This document shows positions 1 to 9,022 of a stretch of 64,000 nt of DNA, in pieces (the first letter of the stretch is position 1; each line of letters begins with the position of its first letter). The DNA is from an uncultured Lentimicrobiaceae bacterium. Lineage in GTDB: Bacteria; Bacteroidota; Bacteroidia; Bacteroidales; JAGONC01. The DNA lies in assembly GCA_964628285.1 (NCBI GenBank), contig CAZVNP010000013.1, positions 931-64,930 on the forward strand, read 5' to 3'. The translations under genes and the position numbers were made by a program. The notes beneath the pieces were generated by a model. That model did no database searches. It was not told where the DNA came from and saw only the letters and a list, made by a program, of their open reading frames with translations.

Positions 1-3000
1 TTCCGACTTATTTCGGTGATATGCCGGATTATATCATTATTACAGGCAGGGAACTTCACCCCTATTTTGAGCCTTTGGCTGAATGGAAGACTCAAAAAGG
101 AGTTCCTGCTTTAATAGTAGATAAAGAGGATATTGAAACGGTTTACTCAGGTATCGATACACCTGAAAAGATCAGAAACTATCTAAAGGATGTTTATAAT
201 GAATGGGGATATGGTATTTTTATACTCCTTGGTGGGGATATTGAAATAATTCCTTCTAGGCAGATATACAGATCTGTTTATAAGGGCATTGTATGTTATG
301 ATTCTTATTATAGTCGAATTAGTGGCACATGGAATAATAATGGCAACCATATTTTTGGCGAAGATGATGATGAAATAGATATTAGTGCTGATTTTTTTGT
401 TGGAAGAGCCCCAGTTGATATTTCTGAGGTTGAAAATTTTGTAAATAAAACAATGTCATATGAAAAATTTAGTTCAACTGATTTTGATAGTACTTATGTT
501 AAAAATTCTCTTTTTATTCATGCTTTTTTGGTAAAAGAAGATAATATTTATTCTGTTTTACAGTCAAACATTATTCAAGATGTTTTTTCTTGTCAACCAC
601 ATGTTTTTTGGGGACATCAATGGAAAATATATGATAATTATGATTGTTCTGATCCTAATTGTTCATATGATGGGTTTAATTGTATAAATGGAAATGAAGA
701 ATTGTATAGGACAACAGTATTAAATGATTTAAGTAATAATGAAAATAGTCAGGCATCACGCTTTTTTCATATTATATATCATTTAGATCATTCGGGTTAC
801 AGTTCATTCGGTACTTCTTATTATTATCATGGTGAAAATATCAATCGTGAAGATGTAGGTGGATTAGATAACTTACGTAATAATAGACCTTATCACCAAA
901 TAATGATTAGCAATGGCTGTGATGTTAATGATTTTCAAATTAATGACTGTATTGGAGAAAAGTATATTAATAATTTAAATGGAGGAGGGATTATTTTCAT
1001 TGGACCTTCTACTAAAGGGTTTAATCTGGATATTAATTATTTAGACGAATTTTGGAATTGCCTTTCAAAGGCGTACGAGATTGGAAATAATATTGGAATA
1101 GTATATATATCTTCATTTCAACATATATTTAGGTATAATTTACTTGGTGATCCGGAACTTGGTGTATGGACTAATACTCCGAATTATAATGGTAATCTAA
1201 TAGTTAATATTAATCCTCAAACATTAATGACCGGTGAAAACATTATAACAATTGAAAGTATCGAAAATTTACCAGAAGATACTAAAGCCAGATTATGTTT
1301 TTACAAAAAAAATGATGTTTACTTCTGTAAGGATGTTACAACTTCAATGTTGCCAATCAATATAAACCTTAATCCGGATACTCTTGGGGATGTACGATTA
1401 ACCGTTACTGCTCTTAATTTCAAACCTGTTTCAAAGACATTAATAGTCGAGAGTAATATTAACAGCCCTCATCTATATGTTTCAAATATCATAATAGATG
1501 ATCAAGCTGGCGGAAATGGCGATGGTCGAATTGATGCTGGTGAAGAAATTCTTATGCAAATTGAGTTGACTAATACTGGTGTTACTGCTCAAAATATCAA
1601 TTCTCAATTAACACATGAAATTATTGGTGTTAGTGAAAGTTTTGAAAATGGCTTTCCACCAGCAGGCTGGCAAAATCCTTCACCTCAGTACTGGTTCCAA
1701 AATGAAGGAACGCACCACCCACTAAATTATGAATCATTCGATGGTGATAAATTAACTTATTTTGCAGCATATCAGAATCAAGGTATAATGGATATTCTTC
1801 TAACCAATGGAGTCTACATATTAAACTCTACGATTAAACTACGGATGTTTCATGATAATGGTTATCCAAACTGTCATGATTTATTAAATGTCGTTTTAAT
1901 GGGAAATTTTGGTTCATTTACAAATATTGCTCAATATGAAAGATATAATAATGGTTCTCCTAATTGGGATCCCCCCATCAATATAAATCTTAATTCCATT
2001 CTACCATCGGTAAATAACTCGAACCAAGTGATTGGTTTTATGGGCATATCAGACAATGGTAACGATATTCATATAGATTCAGTTCAAATATCATCGTATT
2101 TCGCAACAATTGATGAAAATCAGAATACTTCGAATTTCGGAAGCATTCAATCAGGTTCATCTTCCTTATCACAATCCAATTATTTAACAACAATTTATGA
2201 AAATGTTAATGATCAAGCAGAGTTTCCATATGATTTAGGAATATCTGTTGAAAATCCAGAATTAAATATTACAGATAATTTTGATGTAAGAGTTAAAGCA
2301 CCTGTAATCCAATTAGAGCGTATTACCTTTCAAGATCAAGATGGTGATCACACAATTGGCCCTAATGATACAATTTCTTTATATATTGATCTTCTCAATA
2401 AAGGTTTTGGGGAAGCAATGGCTTTAAGTGATACTCTTGAAACATTTAATCCTGATTTAATAGAAATTATAACCGGTAAAGTAGAAACAGGTGATATCCC
2501 TTCATTTGAAAATTCTCAGAATGCTGAGCCTCTTAAATTTTATGTGGATGAAAACTATAATGGAGAATCATTAACATTTACACTGACAGTTAGAAATTCA
2601 TATGGGAAGGAATGGAAATTTGAATTTGTCCTTGATAAACCAACGATTGAATGCAATGTCAATTATCTCTGTGATCAAAATGAGATATTTATTTACTGGC
2701 CCCCGAGTGAAAACGTCAAAGGATATAATATTTATCGCTGGGAAGATAACTCATGGGTTAGATTAAATGACAGAGTTATTGAAAATTATTCGGGCTATAC
2801 TGAAACTGATCTCGAAGTAAATACTGAGTACAAATATCAGTTATGTTCGGTTTCAAATGATGGTGTTGAAAGCGATCCCTGTGAATTTACAGCATGGACC
2901 TCTATACCTTGTCATGATGGTTGGCCAGTTGAAACCGATCCTTCATTAGGCAGTTTGACAAAAGGCTGTCCAGCTACCGGAGATATTGATCAGGACGGTA

Positions 3001-6000
3001 CTAAAGAAATATTTGTCACTACTTATCAAAACGATAATTCTGCCGGTAGCGTATTAGGATATTATGAAGACGGAACGAAAATTTTTGATAACGATGCAGG
3101 ATTTTATATATTTGACGCGGCAGTCAAATCAACCCCGTCTTTAGCTCTGGTAAATGGTGATGATTCGCTTGACTTAATTGTAACAACTGCCGAAGGCTTA
3201 TCAGGCGGTACATCTATTGATCGTAGAAACATATTTATTTTTTCAACAGCGCACCAACAAATGCAGAGCAATCCGGAACTACTTTGTAATAAATGGATAA
3301 GTGGTCCGAATAGCAAAGGACCCGTAGTTGGAAATTTATGCCCAAATGTGGATAATAATCTTGAAATGACAAGTGTCAGTGAATATGGTGATAGTATGTA
3401 TGTTTTTAATTATCTGCCTAATCATACCGCATGTGAAATATTATATGAACCCGATTATCCCGAAAATGCCGAAAATGGCATGCCTGCTGTCGCTGATCTA
3501 GACAGTGATGGGAACCTTGAAATTATTGTTGGATACCGTTCAGGGATATATGTTTATACAGTTGATCAGGAAAACAATCAGATTGTTGATTATCGTCAAA
3601 ATCCTTTTTATAATGCCGGCTGCTCAGAGGGATGGGTCATAGATTCTCCACCGGTGGTGGCTGACCTTAACAATGATGGGAAAAATGATATTATTTTTAT
3701 TTCGGGCCTTCCTATTGTAGATTCAAATGGCATTGCAAAAATTGTTGCCATTAATTCATTAGGTTACACATTAACCGGTTGGGGCGATCAGGATCATGTT
3801 GTTGATTTAAGCTATGAAGTTAGTTCGATTAAATCCTCTGTATCGGTTGGCGATTTGAATAATGATAACCACCTTGAGGTTGTATTCGGTGATGCTTCAA
3901 AACTTTATATTTGGGATTACCAGGGTAACACTATCCTGGAAAAGAATATAACGAATGGCGTCTTGAATACTCAATTTATTGCACCTATACTTGCCGATCT
4001 TGATTCGGATGATGAAATCGAAATTTTACTTGCTTCCAGGACAGGTCAGATATTTGCATTTAACCCGGATGGGAGTGATGTCTTCGGATTTCCTTTTATG
4101 ATTGGAGATGGAATAGAAGCAACACCCTGTGTTGATGACATCGATTTTGACGGTAAGAATGAGATTATTGCAACAGCAGCCAGCATGAATCCGAACACCG
4201 GAATCATGACTAACAAGACGTTTGTATGGGATACGGAAGGAGATGCCGATAAGATTGAATGGGGATCATACAGGCATGATAATTATAATTCAGGATTTTA
4301 TGGCCTGAATTTATGCACATATAATGAATATCCATTGGAAATAAATGCAAATGTTACCTGGAACAACGATACTTGCATTTATCAGGATATTATTGTTAAT
4401 TCAGGCGCTACACTCACAATCCACAGTCGTGTTGCCTTACCCGGGGACGCTTCGATTATTGTAAAGAGAGGAGCAATGCTTGTCGTTGATGGTGGTACCA
4501 TCACCAATGCATGCAAAGGACTATGGCGGGGCATCGAGGTATATGGAACCTCTAATCAGCCACAGCAGCCCAATTACCAGGGAACGGTGGTGGTTGAAAA
4601 TGGGGGTACCATCGAACATGCTGAAACAGGTATCCGGGCATATCGGACTCTGACGGATGGCCACCCGGATTATGCATATACCGGAGGCATTGTCATAGGT
4701 GACAGCGGCAATTTCATAGATAACAAAACAGGGATTGAATTTCCGGATTACAGGTTATACAGCATGAGCTTATTTAAAAATTGTAACTTTATTACTACAG
4801 GTCTTCTTCCGGGTAAAGAAGAGCCGGACTATTTCATCAAAATGACCGGCATGACATATATCCATATCACCAGATGCACATTTGAGAACACCAGTGAATA
4901 TGGGTTTTATGGTGACGGCATCTATAGCCTGAACTCGACCTATTTTATCGATCATGGTTGCATTGTAGAACATTCACCATGCCCTGGTTATGAGACATGT
5001 AAATTTATTAAATTACATCGCGGTATCTACGCTACTGATGATGGAACAAATACCTATGTGGATATTCGTAATTCCGATTTTATTAATAATGAGCGTGGCA
5101 TTTACATAAGCGGTATTGATGGGGCAAGGATAACTTCGAATTATTTTCTTATTCCCACTCCAGATCGTTCATTGATTGAAATATACGGTCTTTATATGAA
5201 TGAGTCAACAGGATATCACGTTGAAGACGATGAATTCGTGCATGATGGTGATAATCTGGGATTTATGGGAATTTATGTCAGAAAATCTGGAACAGCATAT
5301 AACAGTATATATAATAATGTTTTCAATAATTTGAAATATGGGATAATCGCCGATGATAAAAACCGACATGCTAATTACGAAGGCTTATGCATTAAGTGCA
5401 ATGATTTTACAAATTGTGAATGGGATATTCTTATCACCGTTAATCCAAACCAGCCGGCGTCTCAGGATTATGGTATAGCCTATAATCAAGGTGTTTCATC
5501 CTTAATATCATCTGATGATACTGCTGCTGCTGGAAACAGGTTCTCAGATCCTCCGTGGTTATATGCTAATATTGATAATGCCCATTTTTGCAATTGGGTT
5601 AATTATTATTTTCACAGTCAAACACCTCCACCTTCTGATAAACTTATTCCTAATCCAGCATTAGGTGCTATATATCTTGAAGAAAATGAAAATTCGTTTT
5701 ATTCTAAGGAAGGTAGTTGTCCTTCAAAACTTGAAGGAGGCGGTGGTGAAGGAAAAGAAAAAATGGATGAGGCTTCTTACACTATTGAAATTAAAGAGTC
5801 CGCATTACAGGTTTTAGTCGATGGAGGGAATACAGAAGAGCTAAACAATGCTATTTTTACAAGTTTTCCTGATGAAGCTCTTGAGGTAACCCAGCAACTT
5901 CTTGATGATTCACCATATCTTTCCGACACTGTCATGAAATCAGCAATTTTTAAGGAGAATGTCTTTCCGAATGCAATGGTGCGAGATGTGTTGGTTGCGA

Positions 6001-6893
6001 ATCCCCATTCAGCTAAGTCTAAAGAAATATTGCAGGCGCTTGATGAAAAAACCAATCCTATGTCGGATGACATGATTGCAGAGATAATTCAGGGACAAAC
6101 TGTAACCGGAGCAAAAGAAGCATTGGAAAGTGAAATTGCCTTCTGGAGACAACAGCGCAGCAGAATATACGGCGAATTGTTCCACCTTTACAGAAATGAT
6201 ACAACCAACAGCTGGGCAAAAGATAGCTTGATCGATTTACTGCAAAATGTACCGGATTTACAGGCAAAATATTCTCTTGTCTATCAATTTCTTAAATCAA
6301 ATGAAATAAATCAGGCCAGTATTGTGCTATATAATATTCCCCAAAATATGGAAATGAATGGTGACGAACAGCAGGAATATGATTATTTTGTCGCTCTTTT
6401 CGATATTCTGTTACAAGAAAGGACTGATACCACGGGTCTTTGTAATATTGATAGTACACAAATCGAAACTTTATTTGTCCTGTCGGAGAATGATCAATAT
6501 TTACCAGGCGTTTATGCTCGCAATATCCTGATAAATTTAAAAAAAATGGTTTATGATGAGCCATTTAATATTCCAGATCCTCTGAAATTATTAAAGCCGA
6601 ATACAAATTTCCGTAATGAAACGAAACCGCAAGTAACCAATACATTATTGAAAGTCTTTCCAAATCCGGCAAAAAACTATATAGTTATTGATTATGATGC
6701 TGGAGAAATAGGGAATCATATTATGATTACCATTTCAGATATGACAGGGAAACTTATTTTTGTAAAAACGGTCAATAAGAATCATGATCAAATAATTGTT
6801 CCAATCATTAACTGGGATGAAGGTATCTATTTGGTTAGGTTAATCATTAATAATAAGATAGAAAATAATACTAAATTTGTTTTACTTAAATAA
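1..6893 (+). CDS. Large T9SS-secreted protein: gingipain-like C25 cysteine peptidase + FN3-like + FG-GAP/VCBS repeats + beta-helix region + T9SS C-terminal domain; 5'-partial
   Basis: Typical C25 start (YIIIT...LAEWKTQKG...ILLGGD), candidate catalytic His (LDHSG) and Cys (SNGCD), C25 end YNLLGDP. FG-GAP motifs such as GDIDQDG, ADLDSDG, ADLNNDG. C-terminal KVFPNP...GIYLVRL. The frame is open upstream of ATG 21 (PTYFGD), so the gene probably starts before the window. Confidence 0.85.
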   Translation, partial: PTYFGDMPDYIIITGRELHPYFEPLAEWKTQKGVPALIVDKEDIETVYSGIDTPEKIRNYLKDVYNEWGYGIFILLGGDIEIIPSRQIYRSVYKGIVCYDSYYSRISGTWNNNGNHIFGEDDDEIDISADFFVGRAPVDISEVENFVNKTMSYEKFSSTDFDSTYVKNSLFIHAFLVKEDNIYSVLQSNIIQDVFSCQPHVFWGHQWKIYDNYDCSDPNCSYDGFNCINGNEELYRTTVLNDLSNNENSQASRFFHIIYHLDHSGYSSFGTSYYYHGENINREDVGGLDNLRNNRPYHQIMISNGCDVNDFQINDCIGEKYINNLNGGGIIFIGPSTKGFNLDINYLDEFWNCLSKAYEIGNNIGIVYISSFQHIFRYNLLGDPELGVWTNTPNYNGNLIVNINPQTLMTGENIITIESIENLPEDTKARLCFYKKNDVYFCKDVTTSMLPININLNPDTLGDVRLTVTALNFKPVSKTLIVESNINSPHLYVSNIIIDDQAGGNGDGRIDAGEEILMQIELTNTGVTAQNINSQLTHEIIGVSESFENGFPPAGWQNPSPQYWFQNEGTHHPLNYESFDGDKLTYFAAYQNQGIMDILLTNGVYILNSTIKLRMFHDNGYPNCHDLLNVVLMGNFGSFTNIAQYERYNNGSPNWDPPININLNSILPSVNNSNQVIGFMGISDNGNDIHIDSVQISSYFATIDENQNTSNFGSIQSGSSSLSQSNYLTTIYENVNDQAEFPYDLGISVENPELNITDNFDVRVKAPVIQLERITFQDQDGDHTIGPNDTISLYIDLLNKGFGEAMALSDTLETFNPDLIEIITGKVETGDIPSFENSQNAEPLKFYVDENYNGESLTFTLTVRNSYGKEWKFEFVLDKPTIECNVNYLCDQNEIFIYWPPSENVKGYNIYRWEDNSWVRLNDRVIENYSGYTETDLEVNTEYKYQLCSVSNDGVESDPCEFTAWTSIPCHDGWPVETDPSLGSLTKGCPATGDIDQDGTKEIFVTTYQNDNSAGSVLGYYEDGTKIFDNDAGFYIFDAAVKSTPSLALVNGDDSLDLIVTTAEGLSGGTSIDRRNIFIFSTAHQQMQSNPELLCNKWISGPNSKGPVVGNLCPNVDNNLEMTSVSEYGDSMYVFNYLPNHTACEILYEPDYPENAENGMPAVADLDSDGNLEIIVGYRSGIYVYTVDQENNQIVDYRQNPFYNAGCSEGWVIDSPPVVADLNNDGKNDIIFISGLPIVDSNGIAKIVAINSLGYTLTGWGDQDHVVDLSYEVSSIKSSVSVGDLNNDNHLEVVFGDASKLYIWDYQGNTILEKNITNGVLNTQFIAPILADLDSDDEIEILLASRTGQIFAFNPDGSDVFGFPFMIGDGIEATPCVDDIDFDGKNEIIATAASMNPNTGIMTNKTFVWDTEGDADKIEWGSYRHDNYNSGFYGLNLCTYNEYPLEINANVTWNNDTCIYQDIIVNSGATLTIHSRVALPGDASIIVKRGAMLVVDGGTITNACKGLWRGIEVYGTSNQPQQPNYQGTVVVENGGTIEHAETGIRAYRTLTDGHPDYAYTGGIVIGDSGNFIDNKTGIEFPDYRLYSMSLFKNCNFITTGLLPGKEEPDYFIKMTGMTYIHITRCTFENTSEYGFYGDGIYSLNSTYFIDHGCIVEHSPCPGYETCKFIKLHRGIYATDDGTNTYVDIRNSDFINNERGIYISGIDGARITSNYFLIPTPDRSLIEIYGLYMNESTGYHVEDDEFVHDGDNLGFMGIYVRKSGTAYNSIYNNVFNNLKYGIIADDKNRHANYEGLCIKCNDFTNCEWDILITVNPNQPASQDYGIAYNQGVSSLISSDDTAAAGNRFSDPPWLYANIDNAHFCNWVNYYFHSQTPPPSDKLIPNPALGAIYLEENENSFYSKEGSCPSKLEGGGGEGKEKMDEASYTIEIKESALQVLVDGGNTEELNNAIFTSFPDEALEVTQQLLDDSPYLSDTVMKSAIFKENVFPNAMVRDVLVANPHSAKSKEILQALDEKTNPMSDDMIAEIIQGQTVTGAKEALESEIAFWRQQRSRIYGELFHLYRNDTTNSWAKDSLIDLLQNVPDLQAKYSLVYQFLKSNEINQASIVLYNIPQNMEMNGDEQQEYDYFVALFDILLQERTDTTGLCNIDSTQIETLFVLSENDQYLPGVYARNILINLKKMVYDEPFNIPDPLKLLKPNTNFRNETKPQVTNTLLKVFPNPAKNYIVIDYDAGEIGNHIMITISDMTGKLIFVKTVNKNHDQIIVPIINWDEGIYLVRLIINNKIENNTKFVLLK

Positions 6894-6943
6894 ATTATAG
6901 GAATTCTAATTTTATATGATAAAATCTAAAATATTTATATTAA

Positions 6944-8548
6944 ATGCATAGAGTTTTTATTTTGACTCTGTTATTTATTTTATCTTATTTCGTCTCTTAT
7001 TCGCAAGAATGGATTCGAATATATGGAAATAATATCAATGCACATGGAAATTGGGTGATTGAAACATATGATAATGGATATGTCATTATTAGTGAAATTA
7101 AACTTGAAGGAACATCAAAATTGGGATGGATAATAAAAACAGATATAAATGGAGAGATCCTATGGGATAAAAAAATTGGAAATGGTAGTTTTCTTATCGG
7201 CCCTTCTGGTATTCAACAAACCTCGGATGGTGGCTATATAATTATTGGCACAACAGGTATATCTGATCCTGCAGGAGATGCATTTATTCTGAAATTGGAC
7301 AAATGTGGTGAAAAGGAGTGGTGCAAAATTTTTAATACCTGGGGTGATTCTGATTATGGTAGAAGTATAAAACAATTACCAGATAGTAATTATATTGGAA
7401 TTATAAGATATTTTGGGTATGATATAATTAACAAGCGCATTTGGTTATTTAAACTTAATCAAAATGGTGAAATAATCTGGACTAACTACTATGCTCAAAA
7501 TGATCCGAATATTATTAATGAAGAAGGATATTTTTTGACTATAACAAGTGATTCAAATTATTTGATTACAGGCAAGAATTATTATCAACTTGTTCCCGGT
7601 TCAGGGCTTTATTGGAGACAACCATACTGGATAAAAGTTGATAAAAACGGAGAGCAAGTCTGGGATCTGACATGGGGCCTTTATTATGACCAATTTACAG
7701 GAGAGGCATCTCAATCTGTTATTAATTCAAGTGGTGATTTCTATAGTACGGGGAGACATGAAACACTTACAAATGGGGATAAGCCATGCCTATTTAAATT
7801 TGATAGAAATGGGAATCCAATATTTTATAAAAATACAATGGAAGACACTGACTTAGGTGTCTCAGGTACAATCACCTGGCTTAATGATTCGTCGTTGGTA
7901 ATGGGAACAGTTTGGAAATATGAAGAAGGAGACTGCCAGGTAGGTGTTATAGAAACAGATACTATGGGTAATCTAATTAAAATTAAGGAATTAATAAATG
8001 AAGATAACAATATAGGCTGTAGTCTTTTGACTTTTGATAAGAAACTCTTGCTGCTCGGAAGTTTTTATAACGGACCTGGTTGGGATATTTATCTATTTAA
8101 ACTTAATCAGGATCTCGAATATGACTCCATTTACACACAGTCTTTTACTTATGACAGCCTTTGTGAACATGCCATCGTATCCGATACAATAGATCTGGAT
8201 TGTGATGTGGTGGTCAATATTCCCAAAGGGCCGGAGAAAGAAACAACCGCTCCTTTGAAAATATGGCCAAATCCAACAACCGGCGAGCTGCATATCGACC
8301 TGCCTGAGTGCATCGTCAGCCAAAGCACAGATGGCTTCTTCCAAATCTCTCACTTCAATCATCAATACCAGGATAAGTCCATGCTACAGTTTTTCAATAT
8401 CTTCGGAAGAAAAGTATACGAATTCCCACTTGCCAAAGGTCAAAGAAAAATCACACTAGACGTATCCTTTCTTACAAATGGAATTTACATTATCCGGTTG
8501 GTATACAAAGGTGGGACAGTCAGCAGCGGGCGGTTTGTGAAGCGGTGA
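6944..8548 (+). CDS. T9SS-sorted beta-propeller-type protein
   Basis: Signal peptide ending SYS/Q, repeated W-x-K/R and DGGYII-type blades, C-terminal KIWPNP...GIYIIRL. Confidence 0.8.
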   Translation: MHRVFILTLLFILSYFVSYSQEWIRIYGNNINAHGNWVIETYDNGYVIISEIKLEGTSKLGWIIKTDINGEILWDKKIGNGSFLIGPSGIQQTSDGGYIIIGTTGISDPAGDAFILKLDKCGEKEWCKIFNTWGDSDYGRSIKQLPDSNYIGIIRYFGYDIINKRIWLFKLNQNGEIIWTNYYAQNDPNIINEEGYFLTITSDSNYLITGKNYYQLVPGSGLYWRQPYWIKVDKNGEQVWDLTWGLYYDQFTGEASQSVINSSGDFYSTGRHETLTNGDKPCLFKFDRNGNPIFYKNTMEDTDLGVSGTITWLNDSSLVMGTVWKYEEGDCQVGVIETDTMGNLIKIKELINEDNNIGCSLLTFDKKLLLLGSFYNGPGWDIYLFKLNQDLEYDSIYTQSFTYDSLCEHAIVSDTIDLDCDVVVNIPKGPEKETTAPLKIWPNPTTGELHIDLPECIVSQSTDGFFQISHFNHQYQDKSMLQFFNIFGRKVYEFPLAKGQRKITLDVSFLTNGIYIIRLVYKGGTVSSGRFVKR

Positions 8549-8610
8549 GCGGGGGAATAACAGGCGCTGATGCAGTTGAAATGGTGGTTCCACGAAGAAT
8601 ATGAGGAGAA

Positions 8611-8658
8611 AACGAAGTAACGAAGTAACGAAGTAACGAGGTAGCGATGTAACGAAGT
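8611..8658. repeat. Octamer tandem repeat (AACGAAGT)x6, two units degenerate
   Basis: Read directly: aacgaagt x3, aacgaggt, agcgatgt, aacgaagt. Confidence 0.9.
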
Positions 8659-8692
8659 CATCAGAAGGAAAAACGATTGTTATTGTAAAGAG

Positions 8693-8832
8693 AGGCCTTA
8701 TAAAAATTCAGCAACAAATCAAGGCGAAAGGAGTGTAGAGATTTGTGCTGTCCGATTCCCGCCGTCAGGCGGGAAGAGTTCACAAATTTCAGCGCAGTGA
8801 GCCGTAGATTTGTCTGAATTTTTATGAAGCCT
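8693..8832. mobile_element. MITE-like 140-bp element with imperfect terminal inverted repeats and an internal hairpin
   Basis: Left end aggccttataaaaattcagcaacaaatc (8693-8720). The reverse complement of 8807-8832 is aggcttcataaaaattcagacaaatc. Internal hairpin tcccgcc-gtca-ggcggga at 8757-8774. Confidence 0.5.
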
Positions 8833-8899
8833 TGACTTTTACTCATGTAATTGTTTAATTTTTAAGGTATTCGTGAACTCGCTTCGCTCGTTTCTTTAT

Positions 8900-8954
8900 G
8901 TTCTTTTCGGCGCCTGTCCCGCCAAAGGCGGGATGTCAAGACAAAGAAAAGAAC
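8900..8954. repeat. REP-like nested hairpin
   Basis: gttcttttc (8900-8908) pairs with gaaaagaac (8946-8954) around tcccgcc-aaa-ggcggga (8917-8933), the same arms as at 8757-8774. Confidence 0.6.
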
Positions 8955-9022
8955 ACAATAAAATCCAAAATTATTTTCAACACTAATTTTGATATAATAT
9001 AGTCTTGCCTTAAATTTATGGA

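Noticed and set aside
8661-8846. 61-aa ORF with HKSLHSFR resembling a tyrosine-recombinase HxLRH motif
   Set aside because: It is only the antisense reading of the MITE-like element. It is too short and has no other integrase motifs.
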